DNA of 59,615 nucleotides from an uncultured Pseudomonadota bacterium (GTDB lineage Bacteria; Babelota; Babeliae; Babelales; RVW-14): NCBI GenBank assembly GCA_964354855.1, contig CAYHBO010000005.1, positions 1,514 to 61,128 of the forward strand, read 5' to 3'. Shown piece by piece: positions 57,393 to 59,615 of this stretch (position 1 is its first letter; each line of letters starts with the position of its first letter). The notes under the pieces were generated by a model. It saw only the letters and a program-made list of their open reading frames with translations, ran no database searches and was not told where the DNA came from. The position numbers and the translations under genes were made by a program.

Positions 57393-58757
57393 TTGTCCTC
57401 CAAGAATAAGCAGCAATACTCATGTACCAATTGTTCCCATAGCAGTGTTAGGTGGCTTGGCCATTGTCCCTCATGCGAAGAGTGGAATAGTTTTATTGAA
57501 CTTGAAGTAAAAACGGGGTTCTCGGGAAGTAAATCATCTCGAGAACCACGATCAAAAGAAGCATCGTTGTTGACGCTTGCTCAAATTGATATCACTGAAC
57601 AAAAACGGATGCTTTCAGGTATCAAAGAGTGGGACCGTGTTTTGGGTGGTGGCATTCTTCCCGGCTCATTGCTTATTCTTACCGGTGACCCGGGCATTGG
57701 TAAATCGACATTGCTTCTGCAAGTTGCACAAAATATTTCAGCACATTTTCGTGTGCTTTATTTTTCTTCTGAAGAATCGTTGCAACAAGTTAAAAGTCGA
57801 GCTGCACGTTTAGGTATTACTAGTCCAAAATTACTTTTTTCCGATGTTGCAGATCTTGAAAGTATTGTGGCTACTGGCATTCAACATAAACCAGATTTAC
57901 TCATTCTTGATTCCATTCAAAACTGTCATCTATCACTTGATTCGCATGCTATTCCGGGTACTGTTGCGCAGTTGCGTGAAGCTGGGTTTCATCTGATGCG
58001 GTTAGCCAAAGAAAATAACATTGCGGTGTTGGTAACTGGGCATGTAACCAAAGATGGGACCATTGCCGGACCGCGGGTGTTGGAGCATATGGTTGACGGT
58101 GTGTTTTATCTGCAGGCGGAAGATCGTTGGCAAACACGAATTTTACGTTCGGTTAAAAATCGTTTTGGTGCAATCAATGAAGTTGGGTTCTTCAATATGC
58201 AGGAACATGGTCTTGCGGAAGTTTCAAATATTAACCAACAGCTTCTCAATGAAGTGACGGCGAGTCCTGGGTCAGTGTTAATTTGTTGCGTTGAAGGTTC
58301 ACGGCCGATTTTGCTGGAGCTGCAAGCGCTTGTGATCCCCTCAAAATTCGGCATGGCGCAACGTGTAGCGACGGGGTTGGATCAGAAGCAGGTTGTGTTA
58401 ATTGCGGCAATTTTGGAGAAGTATTTGCGCATTAATTTTAGTGGGCAGGATATCTTTTTTAAAGTGAGTGGCAGCTTACGCATCAAAGAAAGTTCAAGTG
58501 ACTTGGGCATTGCGTTAGCGTTACTCTCAAGCTACTTTCAAAAACCGTTACCACAAAAATCGGTTGCTTTAGCTGAGATCAGTCTTACTGGGCAGATTAA
58601 ACCGACCAATCAGTTTGATGTGTGTCTTAAAGAAGTTGAAAAATTTGGTTTCAAAACAATCTTTGCCGCGGCTAATCAAAAGACGGCAAGTGCTTTGCAG
58701 ATTGTTAAGTTTCAGAATGTGTATGATCTTTTACGGCTGTTTCCTGAAGGTGAGTAG
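57393..58757 (+). CDS. radA: DNA repair protein RadA/Sms
   Basis: N-terminal C4 zinc finger, GDPGIGKST, KNRFG, Lon-like C-terminus. Confidence 0.95.
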   Translation: MSSKNKQQYSCTNCSHSSVRWLGHCPSCEEWNSFIELEVKTGFSGSKSSREPRSKEASLLTLAQIDITEQKRMLSGIKEWDRVLGGGILPGSLLILTGDPGIGKSTLLLQVAQNISAHFRVLYFSSEESLQQVKSRAARLGITSPKLLFSDVADLESIVATGIQHKPDLLILDSIQNCHLSLDSHAIPGTVAQLREAGFHLMRLAKENNIAVLVTGHVTKDGTIAGPRVLEHMVDGVFYLQAEDRWQTRILRSVKNRFGAINEVGFFNMQEHGLAEVSNINQQLLNEVTASPGSVLICCVEGSRPILLELQALVIPSKFGMAQRVATGLDQKQVVLIAAILEKYLRINFSGQDIFFKVSGSLRIKESSSDLGIALALLSSYFQKPLPQKSVALAEISLTGQIKPTNQFDVCLKEVEKFGFKTIFAAANQKTASALQIVKFQNVYDLLRLFPEGE

Positions 58758-58768
58758 GGTGTTTTTCT

Positions 58769-59455
58769 TTAAATGCATCGCATTGGAGCAGAATAACCAT
58801 ATTGATGTACAAAAGAAATATAATTACCCAAGACAAAAATGCCATAAAGCAAACTTATCATTCCTAAAATGAAGAGTAATAATTGCGTTCCAGTATTCTT
58901 AGTATCATAAATTCTAAATACATAGGTGACTAAAAAACATGGTAGAGAAAATGCTATAGGTGCCATTGTAATTCCAAGAGTGATTAATGTAATAAACCAA
59001 AGAGGACCTGTTAGATTCGGAATATTTATTAACGAAAGCAACCCTCCTAAACATTTTAAAAAGCTGAAAGACGTGCTTAAAAAAAAGCTAAAGCTGATTC
59101 CAAACAGTACAATCAAAGAAATTATTTTTAACCCGACTATAACAGATTGAAATAATGTATAATTACAACTTTCTTCTTGATTGTTAAGCATCAAAAACTG
59201 ACGGATAAGACTGAATCCAAATCCCATAAGAGACAATCCGGGTACGATAATTTCTATGCCTTGTAAAATATAAAAAGGAAAAATTAGTCGTAAAAACTGT
59301 GTATTAAGACCTCCTAACAAACAAAGTATGCAACCAAGAACCACAAAATTTATCAGTAGCGAGTCTACAACCATTACCTTTGTACTTTTAAAATCTAAGT
59401 GTAGCCGATTAAAAGTCAAAATTCGTAAAGGACTAATCAGCATTAGCATCTTCAT
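58769..59455 (-). CDS. Membrane protein, unknown function
   Basis: Five to six hydrophobic helices; GGAG RBS. Confidence 0.55.
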   Translation of the reverse strand: MKMLMLISPLRILTFNRLHLDFKSTKVMVVDSLLINFVVLGCILCLLGGLNTQFLRLIFPFYILQGIEIIVPGLSLMGFGFSLIRQFLMLNNQEESCNYTLFQSVIVGLKIISLIVLFGISFSFFLSTSFSFLKCLGGLLSLINIPNLTGPLWFITLITLGITMAPIAFSLPCFLVTYVFRIYDTKNTGTQLLLFILGMISLLYGIFVLGNYISFVHQYGYSAPMRCI

Positions 59456-59460
59456 TCTCC

Positions 59461-59613
59461 TTAGCCTTTCTCCGCTAGCTGTTTTTTGTATAGGTTCTTA
59501 TTTTGACAAATTTCTTTGAGAGCCTCCTGGAAAGAGATAATTCGATTTAGTATTTTTATAATGGCATCGTCTAGTTTTAAATGCAACACCTGACATTTCC
59601 TTGCTGAAACATT
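59461..59613 (-). CDS. 3' end of a gene starting beyond the window
   Basis: Open frame ..LKLDDAIIKILNRII..QLAEKG* ending just before the next RBS. Confidence 0.4.
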   Translation of the reverse strand, partial: NVSARKCQVLHLKLDDAIIKILNRIISFQEALKEICQNKNLYKKQLAEKG

Positions 59614-59615
59614 TC

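Overview
AT-rich bacterial chromosome segment, most likely from an intracellular parasite of protists such as Candidatus Dependentiae/Babeliae (TM6). That assignment is inferred from gene content (many signal-peptide ankyrin, LRR and eukaryote-like proteins, DUF2608) and was not tested. Housekeeping genes include a batA-E-like operon, plsC, arfB, tsaB, tyrS, eno, ltaE, a membrane pyrophosphatase, an NtrY-like kinase, a HIT protein, tdk, radA and three tRNAs (Ser-TGA, Ser-GCT, Arg-ACG). These are interspersed with accessory genes: ankyrin, macrodomain, cPLA2-like and LRR proteins, an APH(6)-like kinase, GNATs, GH130, Fic and two AAA+/DUF4143 ATPases. No CRISPR array, rRNA, integrase or transposase was recognised. 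Most notable observations: (1) both AAA+/DUF4143 ATPase-nuclease genes carry their own 33-bp-phased repeat array directly upstream; (2) a bacterial protein closely resembles mitochondrial ATAD3; (3) at least 8 exported proteins have Met right after the predicted signal-peptide cleavage site; (4) a catalytically dead site-2 protease sits beside an active one; (5) a 120-bp GC-rich nested-hairpin element lies between two LRR genes. Where a better ribosome-binding site supported a different start codon, coordinates were adjusted from the ORF track. All family assignments come from motif recognition by eye, not database searches.
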